A stretch of DNA of 64,000 bases, taken from NCBI GenBank assembly GCA_965603825.1, contig CBFDEM010000045.1:519035-583034 (forward strand), in the 5' to 3' direction. The DNA is from Blepharisma stoltei ATCC 30299. Taxonomy: Eukaryota > Protista > Ciliophora. Below the pieces are notes generated by a model. That model was given only the letters and a program-made list of their open reading frames with translations, was not told where the DNA came from and searched no databases. Below, one piece after another: positions 26,986-40,208 of the stretch (position 1 is its first letter; each line of letters begins with the position of its first letter). A program made the translations under genes and the position numbers.

Positions 26986-28575
26986 ATGCTACCTTTACGA
27001 AGGTCTGCCACCTTAAAACAAGGGGAATTAGAAAAAATAACCAATAACTCATCAAGTGCTATAACAATTTCAATCAGTGATCCTTTTGGAGATGCGAACT
27101 CAATCCCTAAAAAAGTGAGCACTGTTTTCCCACAATTAGACGTATCGAAGTTAAAAATCAGGACAAGATGGAATTCGATAATAACAGCAATATTGAATGT
27201 ATTGATAATTCTTCTATTGTATAAAGAAAATGAAGAGTTTAATTCCAATCAACACAAATCAAATATTTCTGAAAATTTGCTGAGGATCTTCATTATATTC
27301 CTTAGCGCAATTTCTATCAGTTTAGTCATACAATATTGATCAATTAAGCTTTATCAGAAAAAAGCATATAGAGAATGCCATGTCAGCAGTGGCTTCTGAG
27401 AATATCCTAAAATAAGAAATTGAATGTTGCTTGAAATAATATTTTGCTGCATAAACGTCCCACCATACTGTGACTGAACCTTCACTTTTAAGCAGCTCAA
27501 CACATCATCAATAATGTCAGCTGATGATATTATAGTTTCTTTATCCTTTATAAGACTCTACTTCGTTTTTAAAATGATGTATGAGTGCTCAACCTATAGC
27601 TCAAGGAGAGCTGAATATGTGTGCAACATGGAAAACGTCAAAGATATTATGGCTTTTTCTTTAAAAAGCATACTAACAATCCAAACATACTTTTCGATCT
27701 TATTCCTATTGGCCTTGCTTATGATTTCTGGAGGTGCTCTGTTAAGAATCTTTGAAAGGAGCATTTCCAATACAAAATTTGACTATATATGAAATGGGTT
27801 CTTCACAGTCGCTGCAACTGCATTAACCATTGGATATGGTGACTCCGTTCCAACAACTCATTTAGGTCGCTTTATATGTGTAATTGCAAGTATATTTGGC
27901 ATTTTTTCAGTTTCTTATACTGTATGGGCAGTACAGAACAGCATAGCTTTCAATCACAGCGAATTCCAAATCTATGACGCCATGGTATTCAAGAAAAACA
28001 TAAAGAAAAAGTTGGAACCAATAGCATCGATTCTTCTGCAAAGATGGTGAATTCTTCTTCAAAAGCGAAAACAAAGCCAGCCTCGTCTCCAAGTCTTAAA
28101 CGAGTTTTACTGCCAGTTCTATAGATTTAAGCTCTTGAAAAACCAAATGAAAGGCGACGTCAATAAAACGCTTTCAGAAAACATCAATGACTTTGCAAGC
28201 AAATTAAATATTTGCATGCCAAAAATATTTAACCACTTGGAGCCAGGGCAAAAAGTGCTGGAAATTGCTGTGGAAATGACCAACAACCAGCTATTTATCG
28301 CAGAAAAGTTAAAACGAATACAGAATGGCACCCGGAGTTTAAAGAAGCAGATTGGAGAAATCACAAATAGTAGCATCAATGATTATGCACATCGGAGGTA
28401 CTCGGATAAAACGGGAAAGCGTGCTACTCTTGTTGAGATGAAAAAAGCTCAATGCCGCGCACTAAAGAAACTTATGAATCGCAGGACAAGCGACTCCTCT
28501 ATTAATTCTGAGCTTTCTTCGCCTCGGTTTAGGGCTGACTCGATTGCTGATAGTGATGCCGCCTCTGATCAGTAG
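26986..28575 (+). CDS. SK/KCNN-like potassium channel (529 aa)
   Basis: Fragments join via TGA. LLRIFER and pore motif LTIGYGDSVPTTHLGR. TAG at 28575. Confidence 0.87.
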
Positions 28576-28666
28576 ATTCAAGAGCAAGTAAAAGAGGCAT
28601 TGAGCTTTATGTGATATAATATATTTGTAGTATGGTATAAAATAGATAATAAAGAGATTTAAAAAG

Positions 28667-28740
28667 TGGTCCCAGTGAGGATCGAACTCACGACCTCTGC
28701 GTTATTAGCACAGCGCTCTAACCAGCTGAGCTATGGGACC
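28667..28740 (-). tRNA. tRNA-Ile(AAU)
   Basis: GGTCCCA/TGGGACC acceptor stem, D arm TAGCTCAG..GG, anticodon loop CT-AAT-AA, TTCGA T loop, downstream T tract. Confidence 0.96.
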
Positions 28741-29749
28741 TACAGGCTCTAGCATGATTGTTTGCAATTTATTCCAAAAATTAGCGATTGAGCAAAACTC
28801 TTAATCCTCGGTAAATATTTTAAAATTCAATAAATGAATTTAATTTATAGCTTTAATAATTTATTCACTAATACTAATTTTTTAACGATATACTTGCCAG
28901 ACCTTTTGATCTTTTATTATTTGAATTAATAATCAATTAATTGTAACAGTTTTTTTAAGCAATTCCATATTTAGTAAAATAAAATTTAAGAAACTTTACA
29001 TTATCGATAGCAGAGAGTCTTCATCAATCTTGACTTTTTAAGAGCTAGAAAGATAAATACACTTTCAGAAGCTTTTGAAGACATTAAAACAAAAGCCAGT
29101 AGCAATTAAATAGCTCTATCCTCCTATGCTGAAATAAATAATGATGGAAAATCAGTGATATGATAAGCTCCTATTTTCATGAGAAAAAATTAGCTTACAA
29201 AAGATCTTAATAATAAATACCAAAGAAAATTAATGAATTGCAACATCTTAATTGAACTCAATCAATGCAGTAGTAGCCAAGTCTTCTAAAATTTTGGAAA
29301 ATAATTTTCTTATAAACTAAGGCTCAGGTTTATTAAAGACAGTTATTATAAAGAAGAAATCATTGAGTTTATAAGAGATTTTCTATGAAGAATTCATAAG
29401 AGAAAAGTGAAAATTGTATGATCTAAATAGAAATTTAGAGAGCAAAACATGAAATTGTGGAAAAATGTTTTAATTCAAATAAAAAATAAAATAAACCAAG
29501 GGAATTAAATTTTAATGCTATAATTCAAAAAATTATTTTCAATTCTAAAAAAGAAAATTATGAAGCAAATTGATGATCTATAATTATTCATTTAATCCCC
29601 ATGCTTATTGTAGTAAAAAAAAATTTAATTCGAATAAAAGCAGCCTCAGCAACTAGACTCCTCAAAGAATTAAGTGCTTTGCATAAAACTAAAAATTTAA
29701 CTCAAACCAGTTTTTCAACGACAATCTCTAAATAATTAATATATTAGAA

Positions 29750-31111
29750 ATGTATTTAAATAACTCAAGTCCAGTGAAGATCACAATATTTCTCAATGGC
29801 AACCTGAAAAAGAAATGCCAGCTCACAATACAGAAAAGTTCAACGATGTCAGAAATCCTTTCGGATTGTAAAGATAAGCTTAGCATTGACAAGCACACAA
29901 AATGCAGGCTTTATGACTCCAATGGAGGACAGCTTTCCGACGACGACCTTGAATATATCAACCCTGATGAGCCACTTTTCCTTTCCAAAGGTGAAAAATT
30001 CTCAAAAAGTTCTTCACTGGCAATTTATGAAGAAATCAAACAGCTTGGGAAGGGTGGCTTTGGGTCAGTTTTTCTTTATAGAAATAGAATAACCAAGCAA
30101 GAAGTCGCCTTAAAGTTCGTCGAACTGAAAACGATTCTGTCTCCAGAAGACGTAAATAGAGTGTTCACTGAAATTGGGGTTTTAAGGAATCTAAAACACC
30201 CGAACATTGTGAAGCTTATTGACGCCTTCGATCTGCATGATAAAGTTTGCTTTGTGATGGAGTACTGCAGGGGTGGAGAGCTCAAGCAATATCTTGAAGA
30301 AAAAGGTCCGCTTTCGGAGAGGGAAGCTTTTTTAATTGCTTGTCAAATTTCTGACGCAATAAGATATTGCCACAATTCAAGAGTTGTCCATAGAGACCTA
30401 AAACTAGAGAATATTTTATTTGCAACAGAAGAGAAAGAACAGATAAAGATCGTAGATTTTGGGATATCAGGGATGTTTGCCCTTGGAGGAGAAGGGGATG
30501 CTAGTGATGCAGGATCACTGCTATATATAGCTCCTGAAGTGCTATCTGGTAAAGACAATCGGACAAATCCAGCTTTAGATATCTGGAGTCTGGGCTGCAT
30601 TTTCTACTCACTGCTCACCAAAAATCTGCCATTTTCAGGGGAGACCCAAAGAGAAGTAATCAATCGGATACTTACTTGCCAATATCCGCCATTGCCACAA
30701 ACCATATCAAAAAGCTGGCATAAGCTAATTAAAGGAATGATAAGGGTGAAGCCAAGTAAAAGATGGGGAATGCTGAGGATAAGTGAGCATTTATATAAAT
30801 ACAGGAACAATCCTGATGCTGAGGTAAGTTCTGATTCTGAAGAAGAAACTTTTGAAGAGAAAAAAATTGTGCTGAAGAAGAAGCCGCCAAGCAGAAGTTA
30901 CCCAAAATTGGTGTTCGCAGATAAGCAGAAAAGGTATAAAACGCCAATCCTTCGTCCAGTTGAGTAAGAGATATGTAGAATTCCTAGAGGAAAAAAATCC
31001 AATTCAATAACACCTGGGCCCAGAAGGCAAAGCCCTGCACCTCAAAATAAGGTTGCAAACCAAGCTCCAGTGCTGATTCAAAGAAAATCTATATTAAGAA
31101 AGCCAGCATAA
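29750..31111 (+). CDS. KHA-domain Ser/Thr kinase (CAMK/AMPK-like), one 15-nt intron
   Basis: GKGGFG, HRDLKLEN, DFG, APE, plus an N-terminal KHA-like domain. Intron 30964-30978 removes the TAA and extends the frame to TAA 31111. Confidence 0.88.
30964..30978 (+). other. 15-nt spliceosomal intron GTAAGAGATATGTAG
   Basis: GT...AG with A 6 nt from the 3' end. Removal adds about 44 in-frame codons. Confidence 0.7.
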
Positions 31112-31360
31112 ACTCAAATTTTAAAATTGTTGTAATGCTAGTCATTGTCTTTTAAAAGTCTCTGTCGATAAGTATGCTAATATTTATTTGTCTCTTAGAA
31201 TTTATCTTTAATAGTCTGTTAGCAGTTTCAACGCCAACTTATATGATGTTTGCTTAGGAATGAGCTAGATATGATCTAAGGAAAATACTCCCTATCAAGA
31301 ATTCTTCCAGTATTTCTTATGCTATCATAATTTAGGAAAAAATCGAATTATGTATGAGTA

Positions 31361-31768
31361 TTATCCAGACAGATCTTGAAGGAAATCAAAAATGTCTGTT
31401 TTATTTATGCAAGCTTCGATGTCGTTCCTTTGTAAAGTCCTTCGCTTCGCTTCTTCTGTATATGCCCAAGATCGATGAGTAAGTTCTATGATAAAAAACT
31501 CGCACGCCTTTGCAAACACAGCAGGGGATTCAGCGCTGATCATCCTGACGTCTTCGTCTGATTTCATGATCTTTTTGACTCTTGCGAGCGGAAGCTGATG
31601 GACTTTGAAATCTTGGCTATCCATGTGCTCGATTTCGACCTTTTGGATGTGTAAAAGCTTGTCCAAGCTTGCAGTTTGGTCCCTGCTTATGGTGTTGTCT
31701 AAGTGGTCACCTAAATCAGGAGGCAGCATATAAACTCCCATCATTTGAGTTTCTCTATTAGGCTCCAT
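31361..31768 (-). CDS. NFYC: NF-Y subunit C (HAP5) histone-fold transcription factor
   Basis: LPLARVKKIMKSDEDVRMISAESP, KRRTLQRNDI, DIFDFL. Confidence 0.93.
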   Translation of the reverse strand: MEPNRETQMMGVYMLPPDLGDHLDNTISRDQTASLDKLLHIQKVEIEHMDSQDFKVHQLPLARVKKIMKSDEDVRMISAESPAVFAKACEFFIIELTHRSWAYTEEAKRRTLQRNDIEACINKTDIFDFLQDLSG

Positions 31769-32363
31769 TTTATTATTATAGCGACATGGAAAAAAGGATT
31801 TTAGATCACTTTGCGTGCTGCTTGATTTTACTGGTAATGAAAAAATTGATAAAACTAAGAGTAATTCATTTATTTAATAATTTTGATATATTTAAAGAGA
31901 TAAATGGCCTTAATAGTAAAATTTTAATATAATAAATTTTAATATTGTATAAGGAGAGTGTGAGCCAACTTGCCATGCTCATTGCTTTACTCATGCATTT
32001 TCGGCTATTAATCTGATTTTCTATTTATCAAAATTAACTTATTGTTTAAAATCCAGCAGCTTTTTACAGAAAGCTTGCAAGATTAATGGAACAATTTTTA
32101 TTAAAATCCCCTGTCTTAAAGCGTTTTATAATTGGATTTTATGGGTTTTTCCAACCTATTGGCTTTATTGAGTTAAAAGGGCAAGTAAGCCGAAAAACTT
32201 ACTTTATCTAAGTAGGCTGGCTAGAGATTTCCAGCAGATCTTTCACTGGGTCGCTGGTACTATTTTAAAAAAAATTACTACAATATTAAGTTAATCATAA
32301 TTTAAGAGTCAAAATGAGCTAATTGCCATTTATTTATTCATAAAGTCTCTACAAAGAGCAAAC

Positions 32364-33371
32364 CTAGCCCTTCATATTTCTCAGTCTCCACTTCAATAAG
32401 AAATTCAATAACCGGCGCTTTGTTTCTATTTTAATCATCTCTTCTTTTTTTTTGTCATTTCTCTTCTTTACCTTTTTCAGGTAAAAATAACGATATTGGA
32501 CTTGTTCGAGTTTCATCCCAGGAAGTTCGATCATTACTCTGCTTCACTTGATCCGCCCATTGACTTTATTTTTCTCAACAATTTTGCACATGGCTTGGGT
32601 TTGACTTTTGCTCCAATGCCTGCCTTTTCGAATGCTCCAATCTTCTACGCTGAGCATGCAGTCCACGTTATTATCATAAGTACATTGGGAATTTTCTTCT
32701 TTAAATTCCTCAAGCTTTAGGTCTTCGCTTTCTCGAGTTATTTCTACTTTCATCTGTTATTGTAGGTATTGAGATAAGATCTCTAATATATTCAGGCATT
32801 TTTGAGAGACCAATATTCAGAATTTTTCTTTCTTCAAAACTTCGATTATTTTTGAGATTTACGGAAGCCGCTTTTAAAAATGTAGGGATTGTGTAGCTTG
32901 ACTTGAAAAGCAGATCAGTAAAAATTTGAATTGAGGATTGAAAATCATGAGCCCAAAAATATCTTGAGAAGATGCTAATCTAAAATTTGGGGATTAATAT
33001 TCCCAATACCCAAAAACTTTCCTTTGAAGTGCTTAGTTTACGAAAGCAGGTAATTGAATTGTTCCGAATCATTAGATCAATGATAATATCATTCAGATGA
33101 GAAAGCACGAGCATGCATTTTTGCTGTTGATGGTCATTTTGTACATTTTTGATTTGGCTGCAAAGATAATAGATTAACCCCCGAATCAATTCCGATAGTG
33201 AGAAATCTGATTCTTGGATTGAAAGCATCAAGTAATCTCAAACTTGATGAAAACTAAGCTACTTTAGCCACAAGAAAGCAAAGGGAGGTTGCCTTTACCC
33301 TATCGAAGAGATTTGTTTTTCTTGTGTGTATGACTGCTTTGAGTTATAAATGTATGATTAGCGTTTCCCAT
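32364..33371 (-). pseudogene. Disrupted gene with a C-terminal Myb/SANT-like domain
   Basis: RHWSKSQ...IK(TGA)SRVMIELPGMKLEQVQYRY. In-frame TAG at 32980 and a frameshift near 32750, with no tiny intron to repair either. Confidence 0.5.
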
Positions 33372-33643
33372 AAGCTGAGTTTTAAATTTAAAAATGCGTA
33401 ACTTTAAAATTGAAGACAGTTTAAAATTTATCCCTAAATCCAGGATATAAAATACCATTAGAATTTTTATTAATTATTTTATATAAAACTAATAAAAATT
33501 TACTTTCAAAAAAATTATTGAGAAAATAGCTTTTGTTTCTCTAATTATCAGAATTATGATTGCTGCAGTAGATATGAAAGGCGACTAATCTCAATTAATT
33601 GTATTTATCTTAAAAATTAAGAAAACCATAAATGCATTAATAT

Positions 33644-34132
33644 ATGTCTGATAAAGCAGATGAACTTCTTAATTCAGCTTTGCAAGAGTTCCAAGACCCA
33701 GAGGAAGAAAAATCAGGAATTCATGAGAAAACGATCAGAGAAGAGATGGTTGAGTTTGAGGAAAGGATCAACGATGACCCTGAAATAGAAGCCATGTTCA
33801 ATGAACTAGCAGAGGAACTTGAATCTAACTCAGAAATCCGCAAAACTATTGAAAAGGTTGGCCAAGACTTATTTAAAAAAGGTGTTTTAAAGGAATCCAT
33901 GATCGATATTCGTGGAAGGCTAAGTGAGTACATCCAAAGAAATCGGCACACTATCCCTAAAAAGGAATTATCAAGATTTGAGATACAGCTAAGCACATAT
34001 AATGAAATTTGTGAAGCCATCCAAGAAAATAATGAAAAAAGCGCGATGGAACTGATTTCGAAGCTGAGCTTGTATGGAGAGTTGCCTGAAGAGCTGACTT
34101 TGAGCAGCAGAGTCGAATGCGTTATTACTTAA
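33644..34132 (+). CDS. PEX19: Peroxin 19-like protein (short form)
   Basis: DELLNSALQEF (Pex3-binding-like), RFEIQ...EIC...YGELPEEL, C-terminal CaaX CVIT. Confidence 0.7.
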   Translation: MSDKADELLNSALQEFQDPEEEKSGIHEKTIREEMVEFEERINDDPEIEAMFNELAEELESNSEIRKTIEKVGQDLFKKGVLKESMIDIRGRLSEYIQRNRHTIPKKELSRFEIQLSTYNEICEAIQENNEKSAMELISKLSLYGELPEELTLSSRVECVIT

Positions 34133-34604
34133 GCTTTTTTTGTTAAATTTTACTTGATTACCATACTCTAAGCCCATAAAATATGAGAATATTATATGTA
34201 TTAATTTTTCCTTTTTAATTAATTAAAAAATATTTTCTTTATAAAGAGCTCCATTAATTTTGATGAATATTTTCCATTAACCTTCTAAAATAAAACAGAT
34301 TTTTGCTATCAATTAATTCAACAATACTATCATTGAACATTTATGGCCCTGGGACGTGATTTGCCAAAAATGCCATGCTACTCCTTTATATCTGTACAGT
34401 TTAGAAATATCTACCGATATAAAGCTCATTTCTAATTTATAATTAAAAATTCTCAATAAAAAAACTGCTCTTTTACTGATTTAATGCTATTCGAGGCTAG
34501 CTCTTATGCACATAATTTGCATTATTAAGAGTAAAGTCTTTATTTAATTATCGATTAAATATCAAAGTGTTATAAGCAATACAATCTAATTATAACTTTG
34601 AATT

Positions 34605-34835
34605 TTAAAACTCTCCCAAAAAATCAGTAGGATCTATTTCATTCTGTCGTTGTGATCGGCCTGAAAATGTTTGGCTCGTAGAGTCCATATGATCAGTCGG
34701 TTGGGAACGACCAGCAGAAATACTGCTAGAATCAACTACATCTCATATATCTTGTATATGAGCTTCTGCATCAATTTCATGATACCTTTGGGGTCTCTTT
34801 CTTCGGTCTTGTCCATGTGCTCTTCTAGGGTCCAT
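34605..34835 (-). CDS. Possible small protein (76 aa, one TGA=Trp)
   Basis: ATG 34835 to TAA 34605 is open under UGA=Trp and has coding-like GC. No recognisable motif. Confidence 0.35.
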
Positions 34836-34941
34836 TTCTTAAATTTTATTGGAATTTTTTATCCTAAAAATTATTATAATTTAACGATAAACTGTAAACC
34901 TCGACTCCTCCAAATATATTAAATAAAGATTTTAAGTCTAT

Positions 34942-36015
34942 TTACTTGGTGCTCAAGTACATACCTATTGCTAAGAAGTCGAATTTAAAAGGCTGCCTTT
35001 CATAAGGCTTTTCCTCATCCAGAAAACTGTTGTAGCGATCAGATTCTGGCAGCCTTGGGCTACTGAAAGAGTCTTTGATATTTATATATCTTGTATTCTT
35101 TCGTGCTTTGGACCTTGGAGTGCCTAGAAGTGATCCATGCCTCGAGCACGGGATACTTAAAAAGTGTTTCCCTTTTCTTGATTTTGATGAAATCAAGGTG
35201 AGTGATGGAGGATCTAGTCAGGCTGAAAGCAGCTCTTTGCCATCAAGAGTATACAAGTTTTCAAGATGTTCAGTCACTTGGGACAGGAGTTTCTCACACT
35301 GAGTGATGTTTCTATCATATTTGTCAAGGCAGGCGTTATGAAACCTCGTCATGCTATAAATCCACTGCCCAGTTATCTTGACTTCTCCGCTGCTTATTCC
35401 TTCAGGCCCTTCCAAATCATACCACCTGCAATGGACTTGTTGGTCTTCATAAGTCTCAAGCTCGATAACAAAAGAACCTATAAGTTCTGGGTTTGAGTCG
35501 TCATCCCACAGCTCGAACTCAATCAAATGGCTTTTTGAGGTCACTGGGATTGAGACTTTTTCGTTCCAAACTGGTTCAGCAGAATCAACAATCAGCTGTG
35601 ACTGAAAAAATAGTTCGTCATCACTTTTTACAGTAAAAAATGAATCTGCTGTGTTATTCGTGTTCATTGCAGGGAGGTCGCGAGCTTCTTCAACGATAAA
35701 CTCGAATTTGCTTCCATCCATGATGCCATTATAACCGTATTCATCTCTGTCACCTTGGCTCTGCAGGTGTTTTCTTGTTTTACTTTTGTATTGGCTTATT
35801 TGATAAATTAAATAGTCCTCTTGGTCTTTCAAACGCAAAAGTTCAGCATCAAATGCATCAATGAAGTCATCTTTGTTGATAGTTGAAGGAAGCATGTCAG
35901 TATTCACATCGCGGCCTAAGTACTTCTTTATTGTTCTAGCAGTGATCATTTGCCCGCCTTCGCTTATGTGATGGAAAATTCGTGAAAGCTCTTTAGTTCT
36001 TCCAGGAGTCGTCAT
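34942..36015 (-). CDS. C2-domain protein with coiled coils
   Basis: EARDLPAMN...D.F...PVWNE...ELWDDD...IG...WYDL...GEV. Joins the downstream ORF across TGA 35218. Confidence 0.8.
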
Positions 36016-36289
36016 ATTGATATGCAAAATTCAAACCAAAAAATCAAGAAATATTTTTGGTTTAATTAGAGAATTTGAAGAGAATTAAGGCATGTTATAA
36101 GAGAAATAGAATTATAAGGAGAAATGCTCAGGAAATGACATTTGGGCTTGCTCAGAGTTTTTAATAAATAAATTAATATTGGAGATCTATTCTGCATGCC
36201 TGTTGATATTTATTAAAGCAGCAAAATTCTAGCCATCATTTTTTCTGATCCAATGATGAATTCTGGTCAATTTGAATTAAAAATTAAAA

Positions 36290-38983
36290 ATGTCGCACGG
36301 CGATTTGATGAAATCTTGAACTGAATCAAGTTTTTGCTATCGAAACCGAACTTTATCTAAGAATAACTCCTTATCAAAACCCTCAGGACTTCGTTTCGAA
36401 ATCAAATATGCAATCTTACCAGACTCAGTCATGAGAATTCCAGGTGGCATATCTTTTAAAGCTGGCAGTGCTTTTGAAGACCAACCCTTCTTAAAAGGAG
36501 AGATTATCATGTACTCAACAACCGGAAATCTTCATACGTATTTTGACGAAATAATTCCCATTTACAAAAGATTTCGGATACCAACCTCTGATGTTCTAAA
36601 TGAAAATCTTCTTTCAAGGGTCCCACACTCATGTATTTCTATAAGCAACAATTGTGTTATCTGGGAGCACGCAAGTAAAAAATATGTTTTAAATTTGAAT
36701 CCGTTCTCTATAAATTGTTATTATTTAGGGCAGCTTTACTTAACTGTAAACGGAAATTCTTTAATGAATTTCGAACGATATCGGAAAAAAAATGAAAAAA
36801 TAATTGTTAAAAATGCAAAAAATATTGGGGACTGTCCTATGAAAATTATTGATGCTACTGGGATTTATGAAGAAGTTGATGGGGGGTTAAAAATAGCTGA
36901 AGGTCTGTGAAGTGAGAAGTGAAAACAATGGATCGACCATAAACCTAGAGGGCCATGCAGTGTTGGGCTTGATTTTGAGTTCGAAAAAGCCACTCATCTA
37001 TTTGGACTAGCTGCACATGCGAATAGCTTAGCCTTACAAGATACAGCTGATGAAGCTCCATATAGGCTCTTTAATTTTGACAATTTTATGTATGATTTAG
37101 GCTCCACAAAGCCATTATATGGATCATCCACTTTTCTTTTAAGCAGAACAAAAAATGAAGCTTCTGCAGGAATATTTTGGATGAACAGTTCAGACACCTG
37201 GGTAGATATTTCCACTCATGACTCATATAAGCGCACCCATTGGATGTCAGAAGCTGGCATTATGGAATTCGTATTAATGGTTGAGCCTAGTCCATTAAAA
37301 GTGATAGAATCGTTCACCATGTTCACTGGGCCTCCTTCATTTCCACCTCTTTATTCTCTCGGCTATCACCAATCACGCTGGAATTATTCTCAAGCAGACG
37401 TAAAAGAAGTATCCGAAGGCTTCGACAAGAACAATATTCCTCTAGACTCCATTTGAACTGATATTGACTCTGTGGATGATTTTAAATATCTCACTTGGAA
37501 CCATAAGCTATTCCCAAATCCTATTGAGATCCAGGACTATCTCAACTTAAAAGGAAGAAAAATGTTTATGATTGCTGACCCTCATGTAAAGAGAAGCTTC
37601 AAATATCCAATCTATGCTGAAGCCCACTCCAAAGGCTTATTGGTAACTGATATTAATGGCTACGAATTCATGGAAGACTGCTGGCCTGGAAATGCATGCT
37701 GGCTTGATTTTTGTAATATAGATACAAGAAAGTTATGAGCTGAATTCATTGGATTTAATAAGCATGAAGACTCAACCAGCTGCTTGAGCTTTTGAAATGA
37801 TATGAATGAGCCAGCACTATTTTTTGGACCTGAGAAAACACTGCCGAAATGAACTCTGCATGGAGATTATGAGCATAGAGAAGTTCATAATCTTTATGGG
37901 ATGTATATTCAAAGAGCAACATACGAAGGAGCCTATAATAGATCTTTAGGAAAAGATAGGCCATTTATACTTGCAAGGGCTTTTTATACTGGAAGTCAAA
38001 GATATGGAGCGAGGTGGACTGGAGATAGCAGCGCTATATGGGAATATTTAGACTATTCAGCTCCACTGATGCTATCTATGGCTGTTTGCGGACTTTGCTT
38101 TACAGGTGGAGATGTTGGTGGCTATTTTTCAGATCCTTGTCCGGAACTCTTTGTGAGATGATACCAGCTAGGAGCTTTTATGCCCTTTTTTAGATCGCAT
38201 AGTGACAATTTATCGAAAAGAAGAGAGCCTTGGAAATTTGGGCAGCCTGCTTTATCATTAATACGAGAAGCCATACAAGACAGGTACAAGTTACTTCCAT
38301 ACTGATATACTTTGTTTTATCAATACTGCTGCGAAGGAACTCCAGTCATTTTGCCAATGTTTGCTTTATATCCAGCAGATGATTTTTCAATAACTCTTGA
38401 TAGACAGTTTCACATAGGCCCTGCCTTGTTAGTTGTATCAATTAGTAAGCCTTTGCAGAAGAGCATCTCTGTTTATTTGCCAGAGGGAAGGTGATATGAC
38501 TATCATACCTATCAAGAATGCGACCATGGGAATATATATTACCAAACCTCAGAATTTTGGATTCCTTCTTTTATTAAAGGGGGCCATGCAATACCTCGGC
38601 AAGATACCCTAAGGTCATGCTCGAGAGATATGTTTTATGACGATTACACCTGAATAGTTGCTCTGGATAGAAATTTACAAAGTCAAGGACAAATTTATAT
38701 AGATGATACTTGTACTTATCAATATAAAAGTGGCAAATATATTTTTGCTACCATGTCTTTTGCGAATTTATCATTGAAATATCAAGTGCATAAAGGTATG
38801 AATCTTCATAATTCGATATCAAAAATAGTTATACTGGGACTCTCAAAAATTCCAGAGTCTATTTTTGCAGATGATAGCAGCGAGGAAAAACTTTCTATTC
38901 CTTTTTCTGTTTTAGATGGTGTAATCACTTTGAAAAATTGCCCATTTCATATTGATGAGCCTTTTACTCTCAATTTCTATTAA
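36290..38983 (+). CDS. GH31 alpha-glucosidase (glucosidase II alpha/GANC-like), 897 aa
   Basis: SSFCYRNR, PYRLFNFD, LGYHQSRWNY, (TGA 37793)NDMNEP, HREVHNLYG, WTGD, FFRSH. All fragments lie in one frame. Confidence 0.94.
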
Positions 38984-39090
38984 TTAATCCTAATGATATA
39001 TAGCATAAATAGCTTAATATTTAACTAAAGTTTTGAGTTCTTACTTCAAAATTCGATATAAAAGCTAGGTAGTATTTTAAGAAACAACTC

Positions 39091-39163
39091 GCTTTCATAG
39101 CTCAGCAGGCAGAGCATTTGGCTGTTAACCAAAAGGTCCCTGGTTCAAACCCAGGTGGAAGCG
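39091..39163 (+). tRNA. tRNA-Asn(GUU)
   Basis: GCTTTCA/TGGAAGC acceptor stem, anticodon loop CT-GTT-AA, GGTTCAAA T loop, followed by a T tract terminator. Confidence 0.95.
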
Positions 39164-39425
39164 TTTTTTTATTGAATTATGGGAATATCAAAATAGACAG
39201 CTCTCTATTTTAGCTAAAAGGAAAGCATCAAAAAACTCCTAAATCTGCTATCTAAAGAATAAAAATAGAGATTATATACAAAAATTCACTTATCATCAAA
39301 ACTGCTTTAAATTTCTCTAGTAATTATTATTTATCAATTTAAATATCTGCAATCGCTTAATAAGACCATATCCTAGCTTTCAATAAATTAATGAATATTT
39401 TTACTTATCATTCTCTTGCTTAGTC

Positions 39426-40208
39426 CTACATCTGAGGATTCTTATAAAGGGTATCTAAATCAATTCCTTTAATAGAATCTGAGGCTTTCTTGTCTCCTCC
39501 ATACAAGCAATAATGCTGAATCATAAAAATAATATCAAAAACCATCGACAAAAATCCCAACAAAAACTTCGCGACGTTAAATGCTCCACCCCCACCAAAA
39601 ACATTCCAATCACCAGAGTTTGCTCCATCAATGAATATTTGCAAAATACTCAATGATCCTCCTGTGAAATCTAATAAAACATTAATGATGCTCCATCCTA
39701 CAGTACTTTTCCTGACATAATTCATATAAACCTGAGGCATATACTTTATTAATGTAATAAACACTTTAATGTAGCCGAGATAAAGGCATCCATTCCAGTC
39801 CGTTGAATCCGTCAAATTTCCGGTTAACTGCAAAACTCCTAGTAAAGTTCCGCTGATCCAGAAAAAAAGGCTTAAAAGTTTGACCCATAATGCTGTTCTA
39901 TTTCATACAGATTCATAGTGATTGCACTGAATTAGAGTTATGGTAGTTATAAACCAGGCATGGCATGCAAATGCAATATCAGACGGGTCTACTTGGCCTG
40001 GCATTATGCTGGGCTCAGCATACCCTCAAATTGAATAAAAGGAATATGCCAAAAATCCTGAAAAGTTTAGAACTCCAAAATCTAAAGAGTAGCCTGATAC
40101 ATTTTTGAGTTTATAATTCAGAAATAGTTGCGGATAAAAGCTAAAAGACCAGGCCGTAAAATATACCCAGCCAACTATCTGGGACAGGATTGATAGGAAT
40201 AAAGACAT
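39426..40208 (-). CDS. CTNS: Cystinosin-like PQ-loop lysosomal transporter
   Basis: GWVYFTAWSFSFYPQ, KYMPQVYMNYVRKSTVGWSI.NVLLDFTGG, FDIIFMIQHY. Two TGA=Trp. Confidence 0.92.

Noticed and set aside
32221-32245. U5 snRNA (CTAGAGATTTCC resemblance)
   Set aside because: The invariant loop I GCCTTTTAC and the Sm site are absent.
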